Under the pieces are notes generated by a model, which ran no database searches, was not told the origin of the DNA, and was given only the letters and a program-made list of their open reading frames with translations. Shown here one piece after another: positions 8,272 to 18,972 of a stretch of DNA of 26,342 bases. Every line of letters begins with the position of its first letter. Positions within the stretch are counted from its first letter, which is position 1. The stretch covers positions 1-26,342 of the forward strand of contig CAZBPC010000044.1 of assembly GCA_964493715.1 (NCBI GenBank). The letters run 5' to 3'. Position numbers and translations under genes: made by a program. The DNA is from an uncultured archaeon (GTDB lineage Archaea > Asgardarchaeota > Lokiarchaeia > Sigyniarchaeales > SOKP01).

Positions 8272-11200
8272 ATGTCAGAATTTCGTGAAGAATTATTAGT
8301 TACAAGTATAGATAAAAAAAGAGTTATTAAAATTATTTTAGTTGCAGTTTTATTAATTGCTGCATTTGCTTTCTCAATTATATTATCTAGCTTTCTTTTT
8401 AATACACTAAGACCCTATCCAAGTGACCAACTTGCACGTGCGAAGGAAGAAACTGGCATCCAATTAACTTTACCCCCATTTCCCTACAATTTATCCGATT
8501 TCCAAAATTTGAATTTAACTCAAGACCAATTAAATAATTTACTCGATGCGTTAAAAAATATGTTTAATGGGAATATTGATAATTTGGACCTTGGGAATTT
8601 TTCTCAAAGTCAATTAGCTTTAATGGCTTCAGAAATTGAAGTATTTAGAGTTTTTAATTATACTGATTTTAATAGCATGTCTAATAAATTATGGAAATAT
8701 GAATGCTTTGATGAGTACGCTGGCGATGGATGGCAATCTACTGCCGCATCGCAAATTAACGATTTCTACACTTATGCTGATTATGGAACTTATCATTCGG
8801 ATAAAGACATTCTAAGAATTAAAATGCCCCTAACGCCTTCAATTGGCATTAATTCGATGGTCATCCCATCATTATTCCCTACGCCGTTTATAATGAATGG
8901 AAGTCTGACAGCAACAAATTTGGATAATAAATCTGTAAGTTTATATCGGGATGATTTTAATTGCACCACTGTTGATTTGAATTTTAGTTCTAATGAAGAT
9001 GTGAATATGAGTTATGACTTATTTGGATTAAATCTTCCTTCAAACAGTCAAATAAACAGTAGTGCTTTACATGCTAGCTACACTCCTTTACCGATTCAAA
9101 ATAAGTATTTACGATTGCCCCCCTCAACCCAAGCTTATTTAGGCAATAACCCTCATGTATATACTCACTTTTTAGCATTAAATAGTACCATTTCACCTAG
9201 TGATAATGCTTTTATGGTCGCAAATAAAATTAGAAATTATTTACAATTTTATTTTTCATTACCCAGTGATCCAGCTACATATACTTCGGCACCTCCTGGA
9301 AGAGATGCAGTCGATTATTTCTGTGAAACTCAAGAAGGAATGTGGGCTGATTTTGCTTCTGCATTTTGTGTGTTTGCCCGAATTTTTGGAGTTTCATGTC
9401 GTTTTGTGGATGGATTTAATTCTATAGGAATTCAGGAGATTTGGGATAATCAAGATTCCCAAAATACTTTTACTGTAAAATATAAAAACATCTATAATTG
9501 GGCAGAGATCTTTGTACCCACCGATATCAGCGGAACCGGACAATGGGTTCAAATGGATGTACTTCTTGATAGTTATGGCGTAGGAGGAAATCCTTGGAAT
9601 GATCCTTGGAGTGAAAATAACTATACTTTAACTATGAGTAGTAATTTCACAAGTGGCTACAGAAATAATCAATATGCTAATATTACTGCCACTTTAACCT
9701 TGAATAATAATCCTATTCAAGGTAGCACAGTAATTTTTACGGACCATCCAGATGATAGAAACCCAACAAATGTAATTGGTCAAGCGGTGACAAATACCAA
9801 CGGTCAAGCATCAATTTTAATCCCCATAGATAATGCCCAAACAGCAGGGATTCACGTAATTACTGGGATATATAACGCACTGGCTATTAGTACCACCAGT
9901 TATATTATATATGGAGATGTTCAATTAAATTTAATGAATGTAAATCCACAAGAAGTGAATACTTCTATAAGCACTCAAACAAACGTGCAAGGTTATATGA
10001 TAGATCCTCTCACCAATCAAAGAATTGTTGGCGCAACTGTTGAATTTTTATTGCTTAATAAAGGAACAAATGTTAGAGTAGGAGCTCCACCTTTTGATAT
10101 TACTTATGTAGATACCGATAGTAATGGAGATTTTAACGAGATAATAAATGTTGATCCTTCTGTATTAGTTGGTCAATATGATATAAGGGTTGACTTCAAT
10201 GGAAGTTTTTATGGTTATCCTCTTGCTATGGGTTTTATGAACGATTCTAGTAATATAATGGATTTTAATGTTACAAAAGGTCCAATTAAAAAAGTATGGT
10301 TTTATATTGATGATGTCCCTTCAGACATTTATATAGCGCCTACATTGAGCAGGTATTCTACAATTACCCTTAAGGCTTATGTGTTAAATGAAACTAATAG
10401 TCCCCTCGCTAATCAGAATGTAGAATTCTATGATTATAGAACGGGTAGCTTTATTAATAGTAATACTACAAATATTCAAGGATATGCGACGTATGATTAT
10501 TTTGTCGGAACTCAAGCTCTATCTGGTCCAAATTTGCTTTATGCAAAATTAGGAAATGTTTGTAATTATTCTTATTATGTTCTAAATGATGCTCCCACAA
10601 TTCACATTTTTTCAGGACCAACACCTCTCGAAATTAATCGTACTGGGGGTGGTGGTGCAACCTCATTTAATGTTGTTGGTCAAGTCACGGATACATTAGA
10701 TGGTTCAAAACCAGTAGGATACTCAACTATAACATTAAAATTATTACGTGGAGGTTCAGACTATTCTTCATATCTGCTAGCTTATGATAGTTATCCTTTC
10801 GAAACATGGAGTTCGGGGATGTTTGATCTTAATTTCGGTGTCGCTTCAGACACTCCTACAGGTAATTATACTTTAAGGATGGACTTTAATGGAAGCATCA
10901 ATTTAATGAATTATCCACATCCCTATTTATTTAATTTACCCTTTTTAAGTAATTCAACAACTTTTGATTATGAATTACAAGTCACTGCACCTGAGACACT
11001 GAAGTTTGATTTCTGGATTGATGGGTTTACTTCACATGATTATAATCAACCATCAATTAATAGAAATAGACAATTGAACTTGTCAACTTATCTCGAATGG
11101 GGCTCTAGCCCAATAGGAGATGGAGAGTTGGTTGAATTTTATGATATAACTCAAGGCCAATCAATTGGACTTGCTTCAACGACAAATGGTAGAGCTTCTT

Positions 11201-12723
11201 TAATTTATTCGACCGGGGGTCTAACAATTGCAGGACCTCACTTGATTTCCGCAAGATGGGGTTCAAATTATAATTATTCATATTTCATTCTAAACGATCA
11301 AATAAATGTCTCATTATTATCAGGACCTTCACCAAGAGAGATTTATAGGAGTGGTGCAACTCAACGCACATTCAATATTCAAGGTTCTATTATTGATGGT
11401 TCGAATGGATCTCCAATTAAATTTCCTGAAATTCATATCGCTTTATTAGATGGTACAATGACCGATGTCTCCTATTATTTATCCTCTAGTTATTTCCAAT
11501 TAGATGATACTGGAGCATTTGATCTCACAATTTCTGTAAGTAGTGGAACTCCAGCAAATAATTATACATTGAGAGTAGAATTCAATGGAGTTTTCATATA
11601 TTCCTTAACAAACAATCAATATAATGAGCATAATTTTTATATACCTACTTTAAATTTCACCGATTATAAGAATGGATATTTCCCATTGAAAGTTATTGAT
11701 CCTGATGCTGTTAGTATTTTGTTTTCAATAGATGGAACTCCTACTCGATCATTTTATGATGATTCTCATCTTCCTGACCGTTATTCACCGGGAGATCTAA
11801 TAAACTTTTCAGTTTACGTGGCTCAAAGTGGTGCCCCAGTAACTTCTGGAACAGTTGTACTTAGGGATGTATATATCGGTTCACAAATCGGGTCTCATAC
11901 GTATGTCCCAGCTAATAATGGATATCACGAATTTATTATTAATAGCTCTTTATGGCATGCGGGATTACATAGGATAGAAGTACAATGGTCAACATATTCA
12001 ACTTTTAATACAACATATATAATTATAAATAAAACAATCACCATATCCGCATATTCTTCCTCATATCATATTCAGAGAGATTTTGACGCGTTCAGTGTGT
12101 TTGGTTCTGTTCAAGATGGAACAACCAATCTCAGAGGTTTGAATATTAAAATTTTGTTATTTAATTCAAATAATGTTGATGTTTCAGGATACCTTAATTT
12201 AGCAGGGAGTCAAATAATCAATGTTTATAATGGAAATTATCAATTTAATGTGAATTTTATCTCACTCAATTGTCCACTCGGTCAATATCATTTTAGGATT
12301 GATTTTAACGGAAGTATAAACGAAGCTGGAATCTCTTTAAGTGATTACATGATTCATACTAGCAGCATCCCTGTTTCGGTAAACATAACTGCAGGAATTA
12401 CTTTAACTGGTAATTACGACACTCAGACCGTTAAAGATCAATTTTATGAAGGAGATACATTATATGCATATGGTTATTTATTATGGGATAATGGCACTGC
12501 TATAATTGGCAAAGAAGTAGTCATTACAATAAAAGATAGCTATGGAGCTACCATTACATCTGCAACAGGTTTTACTGACGGAAGTGGGTGGTTTAATATA
12601 TCAATCTCAATTGGAAACTGGCCAAATGATGCAGAAGTGTGGGTTAGTTTTGATCCTAAAGATAATTATGTTAACCCATTTTATTATTATATTGAATATA
12701 CAGAAAGAGAATTATTTAGATAA
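8272..12723 (+). CDS. Large N-terminally anchored surface glycoprotein with a degenerate transglutaminase-like domain and Ig-like repeats
   Basis: N-terminal TM (IILVAVLLIAAFAFSIIL); TgpA-like segment DAVDYFC...EGMWADFASAF...ARIFGVSCRFVDGF...YNWAEIF...GQWVQMD; beta-rich C-terminal ~1000 aa with many N-x-S/T sequons. Confidence 0.85.
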   Translation: MSEFREELLVTSIDKKRVIKIILVAVLLIAAFAFSIILSSFLFNTLRPYPSDQLARAKEETGIQLTLPPFPYNLSDFQNLNLTQDQLNNLLDALKNMFNGNIDNLDLGNFSQSQLALMASEIEVFRVFNYTDFNSMSNKLWKYECFDEYAGDGWQSTAASQINDFYTYADYGTYHSDKDILRIKMPLTPSIGINSMVIPSLFPTPFIMNGSLTATNLDNKSVSLYRDDFNCTTVDLNFSSNEDVNMSYDLFGLNLPSNSQINSSALHASYTPLPIQNKYLRLPPSTQAYLGNNPHVYTHFLALNSTISPSDNAFMVANKIRNYLQFYFSLPSDPATYTSAPPGRDAVDYFCETQEGMWADFASAFCVFARIFGVSCRFVDGFNSIGIQEIWDNQDSQNTFTVKYKNIYNWAEIFVPTDISGTGQWVQMDVLLDSYGVGGNPWNDPWSENNYTLTMSSNFTSGYRNNQYANITATLTLNNNPIQGSTVIFTDHPDDRNPTNVIGQAVTNTNGQASILIPIDNAQTAGIHVITGIYNALAISTTSYIIYGDVQLNLMNVNPQEVNTSISTQTNVQGYMIDPLTNQRIVGATVEFLLLNKGTNVRVGAPPFDITYVDTDSNGDFNEIINVDPSVLVGQYDIRVDFNGSFYGYPLAMGFMNDSSNIMDFNVTKGPIKKVWFYIDDVPSDIYIAPTLSRYSTITLKAYVLNETNSPLANQNVEFYDYRTGSFINSNTTNIQGYATYDYFVGTQALSGPNLLYAKLGNVCNYSYYVLNDAPTIHIFSGPTPLEINRTGGGGATSFNVVGQVTDTLDGSKPVGYSTITLKLLRGGSDYSSYLLAYDSYPFETWSSGMFDLNFGVASDTPTGNYTLRMDFNGSINLMNYPHPYLFNLPFLSNSTTFDYELQVTAPETLKFDFWIDGFTSHDYNQPSINRNRQLNLSTYLEWGSSPIGDGELVEFYDITQGQSIGLASTTNGRASLIYSTGGLTIAGPHLISARWGSNYNYSYFILNDQINVSLLSGPSPREIYRSGATQRTFNIQGSIIDGSNGSPIKFPEIHIALLDGTMTDVSYYLSSSYFQLDDTGAFDLTISVSSGTPANNYTLRVEFNGVFIYSLTNNQYNEHNFYIPTLNFTDYKNGYFPLKVIDPDAVSILFSIDGTPTRSFYDDSHLPDRYSPGDLINFSVYVAQSGAPVTSGTVVLRDVYIGSQIGSHTYVPANNGYHEFIINSSLWHAGLHRIEVQWSTYSTFNTTYIIINKTITISAYSSSYHIQRDFDAFSVFGSVQDGTTNLRGLNIKILLFNSNNVDVSGYLNLAGSQIINVYNGNYQFNVNFISLNCPLGQYHFRIDFNGSINEAGISLSDYMIHTSSIPVSVNITAGITLTGNYDTQTVKDQFYEGDTLYAYGYLLWDNGTAIIGKEVVITIKDSYGATITSATGFTDGSGWFNISISIGNWPNDAEVWVSFDPKDNYVNPFYYYIEYTERELFR
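9620..12400 (+). repeat. Four diverged protein-level tandem repeats of about 230-241 aa (boundaries approximate)
   Basis: The motif recurs as GQYDIRVDFNGS (10171), GNYTLRMDFNGS (10861), NNYTLRVEFNGV (11557) and GQYHFRIDFNGS (12280), spaced 230/232/241 codons. Confidence 0.75.
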
Positions 12724-12739
12724 ATGGTGAGATAGTTTT

Positions 12740-14287
12740 ATGATAGTATTGAGAAAATCGTTCATTAGTATTACTTTCCTAATCAGTATTTCATTGCTAT
12801 CATTTGTGTTTATTAATCAAAATCATAGTTATCAATCAGAAGATAAGGAAAACCTGAAACTCTCGGGTACTTGGGCGACTTTAGATTTAAATAATAGTAC
12901 CTTTAATGGAACTGGAATTCGAATTCAAACAGGTCACCCAATAAATGTCCAAGGAAGACTTTGGAACAGAATAACAAGTGTGGGCAAGGATGGGTATACT
13001 GTAGTAATGGAAATTGACGGCATCCTTCATTCAGGATTTAACGATATCACATCAGGAGGTGGTTATTTCCAAATTGATTATATTATAGATGATTCTCTTA
13101 ATGTGTTTAAAAGTCATCGATTAGAGGTTAAGGTTACTAATCCTATTCCTCCTGGTGACGTAGAATACAGAACTCATTATATTATTGATATAAATACTAC
13201 TTCTTATTTTGAAACATATAATCCAAAAGATCCAAAAATACTTGGTGAAACCTTTTCATTTGAAGGATATTTAAGATATGAGAATGCTACTGGTATAGCA
13301 TTTCAAAACTTTAATTATTCTTGGTACCATGGGACTACTTTACAATCCTGGGGTAATGGATTTACTGATAATATGGGTCAAATTCAAAATTCCATCCCTG
13401 TACCTGATATGGGAATTGAGGATTTATCATTAAAATTAAGTTATAAGTTTAATCCATTTATTAGTTATACAGAGTCATATATTAATAACACCAAATTATT
13501 TTCAAATGTCTCTTGTATTTGGAACATACCAACAACAATAGTCGAAAATAGAAATTTTCGAATTCGAGGGCAATTAGTTTCCAGAAGTGATCCTAGTTTA
13601 TTAATCAGTAATAAATACATCAGGATATTCTATAATGGTACTCAGATTAATGCCGTAACAACTGACGCAAATGGACGTTTTAATTACACCTATATGTTAG
13701 GAGCAGGTATAGGATTAACTTACTTAGAAATAGAGGTAGATAATTTTCTTGGAAAGGATATTTCAACTCAGCATTTTATAAACATTGAAGCTGCCCCTCC
13801 AATTGTAACCCCCCCACCAGTTAGTGACCCTCCATTTGTATTATTTTTATCAATATTTATCCCTATAATTGTTGGAATAGTCGTTGGATTAGCAATTTAT
13901 GGTTATTATCATTATAAAAAGCAAGATAAAGAATCTCGAGTAGTAAATTTACCTCTTGAGAACAAGATTAAAAATTTACTGATATTGAAAGATACGGGAA
14001 GATTAGAAGAGTCGCTTTCATATTTATTTAATGCAATATATTTGGATTTAGTCCAAGCAAAATTTGGGAAAACTCGTAAAGATAATGAATCAATTCGAGA
14101 CTTTGCTATAATCTCTGTTAGAGAATTTAAATTATCCCCTACTAGCATATATCCATTCATTCAAAAAGTAGAAGAAATTATATATGCAAAACCGTATCGT
14201 ATATCAGATATTGATTTTTATAATACTATAGAATTATTTTCACCAATTTATCATGAACTTACGGGATATAATTTCGTTTTAAATTAA
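12740..14287 (+). CDS. Single-pass membrane protein: Ig-like ectodomain, Pro-rich stalk, TM helix, cytoplasmic DUF4129-like domain
   Basis: Signal/anchor peptide, beta-rich ectodomain, APPIVTPPPVSDPP, TM FVLFLSIFIPIIVGIVVGLAIYGYY, then helical ESIRDFA...VEEIIYA. GGTGA RBS at 12726-12730. Confidence 0.8.
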   Translation: MIVLRKSFISITFLISISLLSFVFINQNHSYQSEDKENLKLSGTWATLDLNNSTFNGTGIRIQTGHPINVQGRLWNRITSVGKDGYTVVMEIDGILHSGFNDITSGGGYFQIDYIIDDSLNVFKSHRLEVKVTNPIPPGDVEYRTHYIIDINTTSYFETYNPKDPKILGETFSFEGYLRYENATGIAFQNFNYSWYHGTTLQSWGNGFTDNMGQIQNSIPVPDMGIEDLSLKLSYKFNPFISYTESYINNTKLFSNVSCIWNIPTTIVENRNFRIRGQLVSRSDPSLLISNKYIRIFYNGTQINAVTTDANGRFNYTYMLGAGIGLTYLEIEVDNFLGKDISTQHFINIEAAPPIVTPPPVSDPPFVLFLSIFIPIIVGIVVGLAIYGYYHYKKQDKESRVVNLPLENKIKNLLILKDTGRLEESLSYLFNAIYLDLVQAKFGKTRKDNESIRDFAIISVREFKLSPTSIYPFIQKVEEIIYAKPYRISDIDFYNTIELFSPIYHELTGYNFVLN

Positions 14288-14341
14288 TTAAAAAAAATCA
14301 AGAAATAAAAAATAAGAATAAACAAAATAAAGGAAAAGAAA

Positions 14342-14716
14342 ATGGCAAAAAAGAATAAAAAAATGATTGAACCAGAAGTCGACATTCGACAAAAGTTTGA
14401 AAACGTTCAAGTACTTGTGCAATCTCATCGGGCAAAAGAAGCTATTGCATATATATATTTGGTTTATAATGATTTAATATCTTTGAAATTTAAAAAACCA
14501 CGTTTAGCCTATCAAACCATACGAGAATATGCAATCACGTGTGTTAATGAATTAGATCAAAAACCAGAATCAGTGTATCCTTTCATAAAAAAAATTGAAG
14601 ATATCATTTATGGTGGAATTGAACCTACGAGTAAAGAAATAAATTTTACCGTGCAATTATTTTCCACTCTATACAATGAAGTTACTGGAAAACCACTGCC
14701 CGCAATGAGTTTTTAA
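14342..14716 (+). CDS. Stand-alone soluble DUF4129-like protein
   Basis: AIAYIY...QTIREYA...YPFIKKIEDIIYG; aligns by eye with the C-terminal domain of the upstream protein. Confidence 0.8.
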   Translation: MAKKNKKMIEPEVDIRQKFENVQVLVQSHRAKEAIAYIYLVYNDLISLKFKKPRLAYQTIREYAITCVNELDQKPESVYPFIKKIEDIIYGGIEPTSKEINFTVQLFSTLYNEVTGKPLPAMSF

Positions 14717-14772
14717 TTGAAGAGGTATTTGATTATTTTCATAAAAGTAAAAAAAACTATTGGGATGACATA

Positions 14773-16515
14773 ATGTCTAGTAATGGTAAAGTCTCTGAGA
14801 AAAACGTGAATTTATCAAAGGGGATTTTATATTCATTTTTCGTGATCTTTCTCCTATTTTATGGTGTTTTTCTCACAGATTTTGTTGAGATTTATCAAAA
14901 TAATAACCCCAGCCCCAGTTCACAACTTCCAATTTTCATAACGTATATTCCATTAGTATGCTATGTTGCATCAGCATTTGTTGGAATAGGATTATTGATT
15001 TTCATTAGAAAAACTAACGTTCAAAAATCACGAGAGATTCAATCACGGAAAAAAGCAAAAACAGGATCGATCTACAAGAATGCGTTATTTTTGGTCGTCT
15101 TTATATTCGTTTTTATCCCCTTATTTGGTTCAATATTTGACCAAGGTATGAATGATCAAAACTTTTCAATTTATAATGATAATTGGAATGGATCATCCTC
15201 ATTTAGAAATACGATAAAAGCACAAGGATATGATGTAATGTCTATTCAATCCAGTTTGAGTGCAACAGAACGATTGAATAAATCAGTTTTGTTAATCCTT
15301 CTTGGACCAAATCAGTATTACAATGCCATGTTCGAAATCCCCTTCTTTATTAATTTTTTCAATAATGAAACAACAAATTCATTACTAATTTGTCATGATC
15401 ATGGAAGCACGAGTACCCTATTATGGGAGATATTCATTGCAGGAGCTCTTGATCCCGATATAGCGGGGGCTATTCCTGTAACTATTTTCCCAAATGGTAT
15501 TTTAAGAGATAATGCTTCATATGATAAAAGAACAGATTTTCCTATCATTAAATCATTTACAACTCATCCTACTACAAATGGAATTAATGAAGTAATTTTA
15601 TCTCAAGCAACCACCGTTGTTGGAGGACCTTTCATTGATTATTTTGGATGGGATTTAGTAGGTTCATCCACGAAATATGGCTATGTAGATAAAAATAATG
15701 ATCACATGTATAAATTTGCTGATGATCATGTTGATCTAAGCATAATTGCTGGGTTGGGGATACCCCTTCCAGACCCTCCGTGGTGGCCATTGGGGGGGTA
15801 TTCTCAAGGCGTCTTTATGGCAAAAGATACTGGCAATGGACGTGTATTCGTTTCTTCTGATGCAAGTTTATTTGATAATGAACTGATTGAATTATATGAT
15901 AATCGACAATTTGGGATTAATATAATCGATTGGCTAACCTATGGTGGACCAAAAGAAGATTGGGTAGTGGTGTTTGATGAAGCACATATCAGACCAGAAT
16001 TTTCAAGAGATTTAACTTCAGCAGGAATATATGGATTTATCATTCAATATGTTATTCATCTATCTACAAATCCGATAACAGCATGGATATATCCAATAAT
16101 AGCGATATATACGTTAAGAAAATATTTGCCCAAAAAAGACGATAAAAAACAAAAGAAAAAAATAAAAGAACAAGAAACGAAAGAAGAACAGGAAAGATTT
16201 AGGACTTCATCATTTTTTGCTGAAAAAATTCAGTGGTATCGAGAAAAAGGAAGATATGGGAAAGCGTTAATGCTTCTCTTTAGGAGACTTGAAAGAAAAT
16301 TAAATAATCTGTTGAGAGGGAAAAACATAACAACTAAAAATGTGTTAGATATGGTGATTGCAAAGGAGCAAAATCTAACGAAACTCAAAATTAGACGAAT
16401 AACTCGATTTATGGATCGAATAATTGCCATAAAAGAAGGAAAAAGTAAGGTTAAGAATGAAGCAGATTTTGAAACTCTATTCTTTGATATGGAATGGGTT
16501 ATGAACAATATTTAA
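14773..16515 (+). CDS. DUF4350/GldG-like membrane protein
   Basis: Three N-terminal TMs; FSIYNDNWNGSSSF, GNGRVFVSSDASLFDN, NRQFGINIIDWL and VVVFDEAH are typical of archaeal DUF4350 proteins; a further TM and a basic cytoplasmic tail follow. Confidence 0.8.
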   Translation: MSSNGKVSEKNVNLSKGILYSFFVIFLLFYGVFLTDFVEIYQNNNPSPSSQLPIFITYIPLVCYVASAFVGIGLLIFIRKTNVQKSREIQSRKKAKTGSIYKNALFLVVFIFVFIPLFGSIFDQGMNDQNFSIYNDNWNGSSSFRNTIKAQGYDVMSIQSSLSATERLNKSVLLILLGPNQYYNAMFEIPFFINFFNNETTNSLLICHDHGSTSTLLWEIFIAGALDPDIAGAIPVTIFPNGILRDNASYDKRTDFPIIKSFTTHPTTNGINEVILSQATTVVGGPFIDYFGWDLVGSSTKYGYVDKNNDHMYKFADDHVDLSIIAGLGIPLPDPPWWPLGGYSQGVFMAKDTGNGRVFVSSDASLFDNELIELYDNRQFGINIIDWLTYGGPKEDWVVVFDEAHIRPEFSRDLTSAGIYGFIIQYVIHLSTNPITAWIYPIIAIYTLRKYLPKKDDKKQKKKIKEQETKEEQERFRTSSFFAEKIQWYREKGRYGKALMLLFRRLERKLNNLLRGKNITTKNVLDMVIAKEQNLTKLKIRRITRFMDRIIAIKEGKSKVKNEADFETLFFDMEWVMNNI

Positions 16516-16590
16516 GAAAATTAAGTTAACCAAATATAATTAAAAATCAAATAAACAAAAATTAAAATTAAAAAAAAGAAGTGAATTAAA

Positions 16591-17571
16591 ATGGAAGCTC
16601 CAAACAAAGCAAAGTATTATGAAAGAGAAGAATTGGATGTAAGTTCAATTCGATCAATAGCACAAGATGTTTTAAGTGAAGTAAGTCGCGTGATTGTTGG
16701 CAATGGAGAAATTCTTCAGCAACTTTTTATAGCTCTCCTCGTTAATGGTCATGTTCTTCTTGAAGGAGTTCCTGGTTTAGGTAAAACTGTTATGGCTAAA
16801 ACTTTCGCTAAAACATTAGGAATTTCTTTCAAGCGCGTTCAATTTACACCTGATTTATTACCTTCTGATATAACCGGTACAAAAATATTTGATCAGAATG
16901 AGGGTGCGTTTGTACTTCAGAAAGGTCCGATTTTTGCCAATGTTGTGTTAGCTGATGAAATTAATAGAAGTGCACCAAAAACTCAAGCAGCACTTCTAGA
17001 AGCCATGGCTGAACGACAAGTAACTATTGAAGGTCAAACACTTGAATTAGTGAAACCATTTATAGTCATTGCAACAGAGAACCCCGTTGAAATGGAAGGA
17101 ACTTATCCATTACCAGAAGCACAGGTTGATCGTTTCTTGTTTAAGTTATGGTTAGATTATCCTGAAATGGACGAAGAGGTAGAAATCATGAGGAGACAAA
17201 TCTCAGGCGATATGCCTTCGATAGATGTCATCACAAATGCAGAAGAACTATTAGCAGCTCAAAAAATTATGAATATGGTTTATATAGATGAAAGAATACT
17301 TAAATACGTTAGAGACATAATAATAAAAACACGAAATCATCCACAAATCGCATTAGGATGTGGACCTCGAGCCTCACTTACGATAATGAAAACAGCGAAA
17401 GCTAGAGCTGCAATCCTTGGACGCACTTATGTCACACCGGATGATGTTAGAGCTCTCATCATACCTGCCCTTAATCATCGAATATTATTAAAAGCAGAAA
17501 GTGAACTTGAAGGTTTAGATTCAAAATCTGTGCTAAGATCAATAGTGGAAGACATTCCTGTTCCAATATAA
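16591..17571 (+). CDS. moxR: MoxR-family AAA+ ATPase (MoxR-proper type)
   Basis: GHVLLEGVPGLGKT, RVQFTPDLLPSDITG, LADEINRSAPKTQAALLEAM, NPVEMEGTYPLPEAQVDRF. Confidence 0.96.
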   Translation: MEAPNKAKYYEREELDVSSIRSIAQDVLSEVSRVIVGNGEILQQLFIALLVNGHVLLEGVPGLGKTVMAKTFAKTLGISFKRVQFTPDLLPSDITGTKIFDQNEGAFVLQKGPIFANVVLADEINRSAPKTQAALLEAMAERQVTIEGQTLELVKPFIVIATENPVEMEGTYPLPEAQVDRFLFKLWLDYPEMDEEVEIMRRQISGDMPSIDVITNAEELLAAQKIMNMVYIDERILKYVRDIIIKTRNHPQIALGCGPRASLTIMKTAKARAAILGRTYVTPDDVRALIIPALNHRILLKAESELEGLDSKSVLRSIVEDIPVPI

Positions 17572-17640
17572 ATTTTTTTTTAAACAAATAAAATAGTAAA
17601 TGAAAAGCGGTAAAATTTAAAATTAAATAATGGGATATAA

Positions 17641-18969
17641 ATGCTTGGTGGAAAGGGTCGAACATTGATTATATTTGCAGTATTTTTCCTAACTGCAGGA
17701 TTTTCATTCGTAAATTATTTTTTTATTTTTTTTGCAATTCTCCTATTATTCAGTACTATTATCAGCTTACCGCTTTTTTATTGGCAAATGAATATAGAAG
17801 AATTACGAGTTCATAGAGAACTTGAAAAAGAGAAGGTATTTAAAGATGATTTTGTCCATGTTAAGGTTATCATAAAAAATATGGGAAAAAATAGTTTTGA
17901 TCTTATAGAAATTAGAGATTATTATAATCCTCAACTTTTTCGATTAATCCTTGGTGAAAATTTCATATCTACACGTATTGGTCCCAAAGGATTAATAAAA
18001 TTCTCTTATGTTCTTGAACCTAAAGTACGAGGAGAATATCCCCTTGGACCAATCTCAGTAACTGTTAAGGATCGATTAGGGTTTAATTCTGTTGAAAGAG
18101 TAATCCCTAATAGTGTTTCAGATATTTTAATATATCCTCCTTATGAAGATATAAAAAGAATCGAAATTCTTGGGTCTAAACGATCTCTTCAGTTAAATTA
18201 TGGTTTACAAAGATCTAAACAAATAGGTCTTGGATCAGAATTTCATGGAATGAGAAAATATGTTTTTGGGGATCAGTTTCGATTAATTGATTGGAAGGCA
18301 AGTGCACGGACTCAGCAATTAGTAGTAAGGGAATTTGAAAGTGAACGAGATATAACTGTTATGATTTTAGTGGATTCATCTAATAGCATGGCCGGGGGTG
18401 CGATTGAGAACACAAAATTCGAATATGCAATTCGAGCATGCATGTTACTAACCAAAGTGGCTCTCACACGAAGAGATAGTGTAGGAATATTTTCATATTC
18501 AGATAAGAAGAATCTACAATTCCTAAAACCACAAAGTGGAGATGATCATTTTTATAAAGTCCTGGATTTTGTTGCTAGAATAAAACCTCAAGGAAAGAGT
18601 AGAATTGTTGAAGCCATGGATTACTTCGTTAGACGTTTTCAAAAGAGGAGTTTAATATTTATAATATCAGATTTAGAAGGAAATGTGAAAGAAATATCAC
18701 AAGCATTGAAAAAACTTGTTACATTTAACCATTCAATTATAGTAATTAATCCTTTTAGTCCTTGGTTCGAAATTCATGAAATTGATTTATCATCTACTGA
18801 CAAAGCATTAGCTGAAGCAATTAGTGAGGAAATGATGGAACATATACTACTCCTTAAAAGGGATTTTCGCAATTTAGGAATTAACCTCATCACGACGGGA
18901 CCAGATGAAATGATGGCAAATGTACTAAAAACCTATATGGAAGCAAAGAAAAAAGGGAGTGCTTATTAA
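17641..18969 (+). CDS. DUF58 protein with vWA domain (MoxR partner)
   Basis: Two N-terminal TMs, RGEYPLGP...DRLG, GSEFHGMRKYVFGDQFRLIDWKASAR, VREFE, MIDAS-like DSSNSM, IISD. Confidence 0.92.
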   Translation: MLGGKGRTLIIFAVFFLTAGFSFVNYFFIFFAILLLFSTIISLPLFYWQMNIEELRVHRELEKEKVFKDDFVHVKVIIKNMGKNSFDLIEIRDYYNPQLFRLILGENFISTRIGPKGLIKFSYVLEPKVRGEYPLGPISVTVKDRLGFNSVERVIPNSVSDILIYPPYEDIKRIEILGSKRSLQLNYGLQRSKQIGLGSEFHGMRKYVFGDQFRLIDWKASARTQQLVVREFESERDITVMILVDSSNSMAGGAIENTKFEYAIRACMLLTKVALTRRDSVGIFSYSDKKNLQFLKPQSGDDHFYKVLDFVARIKPQGKSRIVEAMDYFVRRFQKRSLIFIISDLEGNVKEISQALKKLVTFNHSIIVINPFSPWFEIHEIDLSSTDKALAEAISEEMMEHILLLKRDFRNLGINLITTGPDEMMANVLKTYMEAKKKGSAY

Positions 18970-18972
18970 AAA

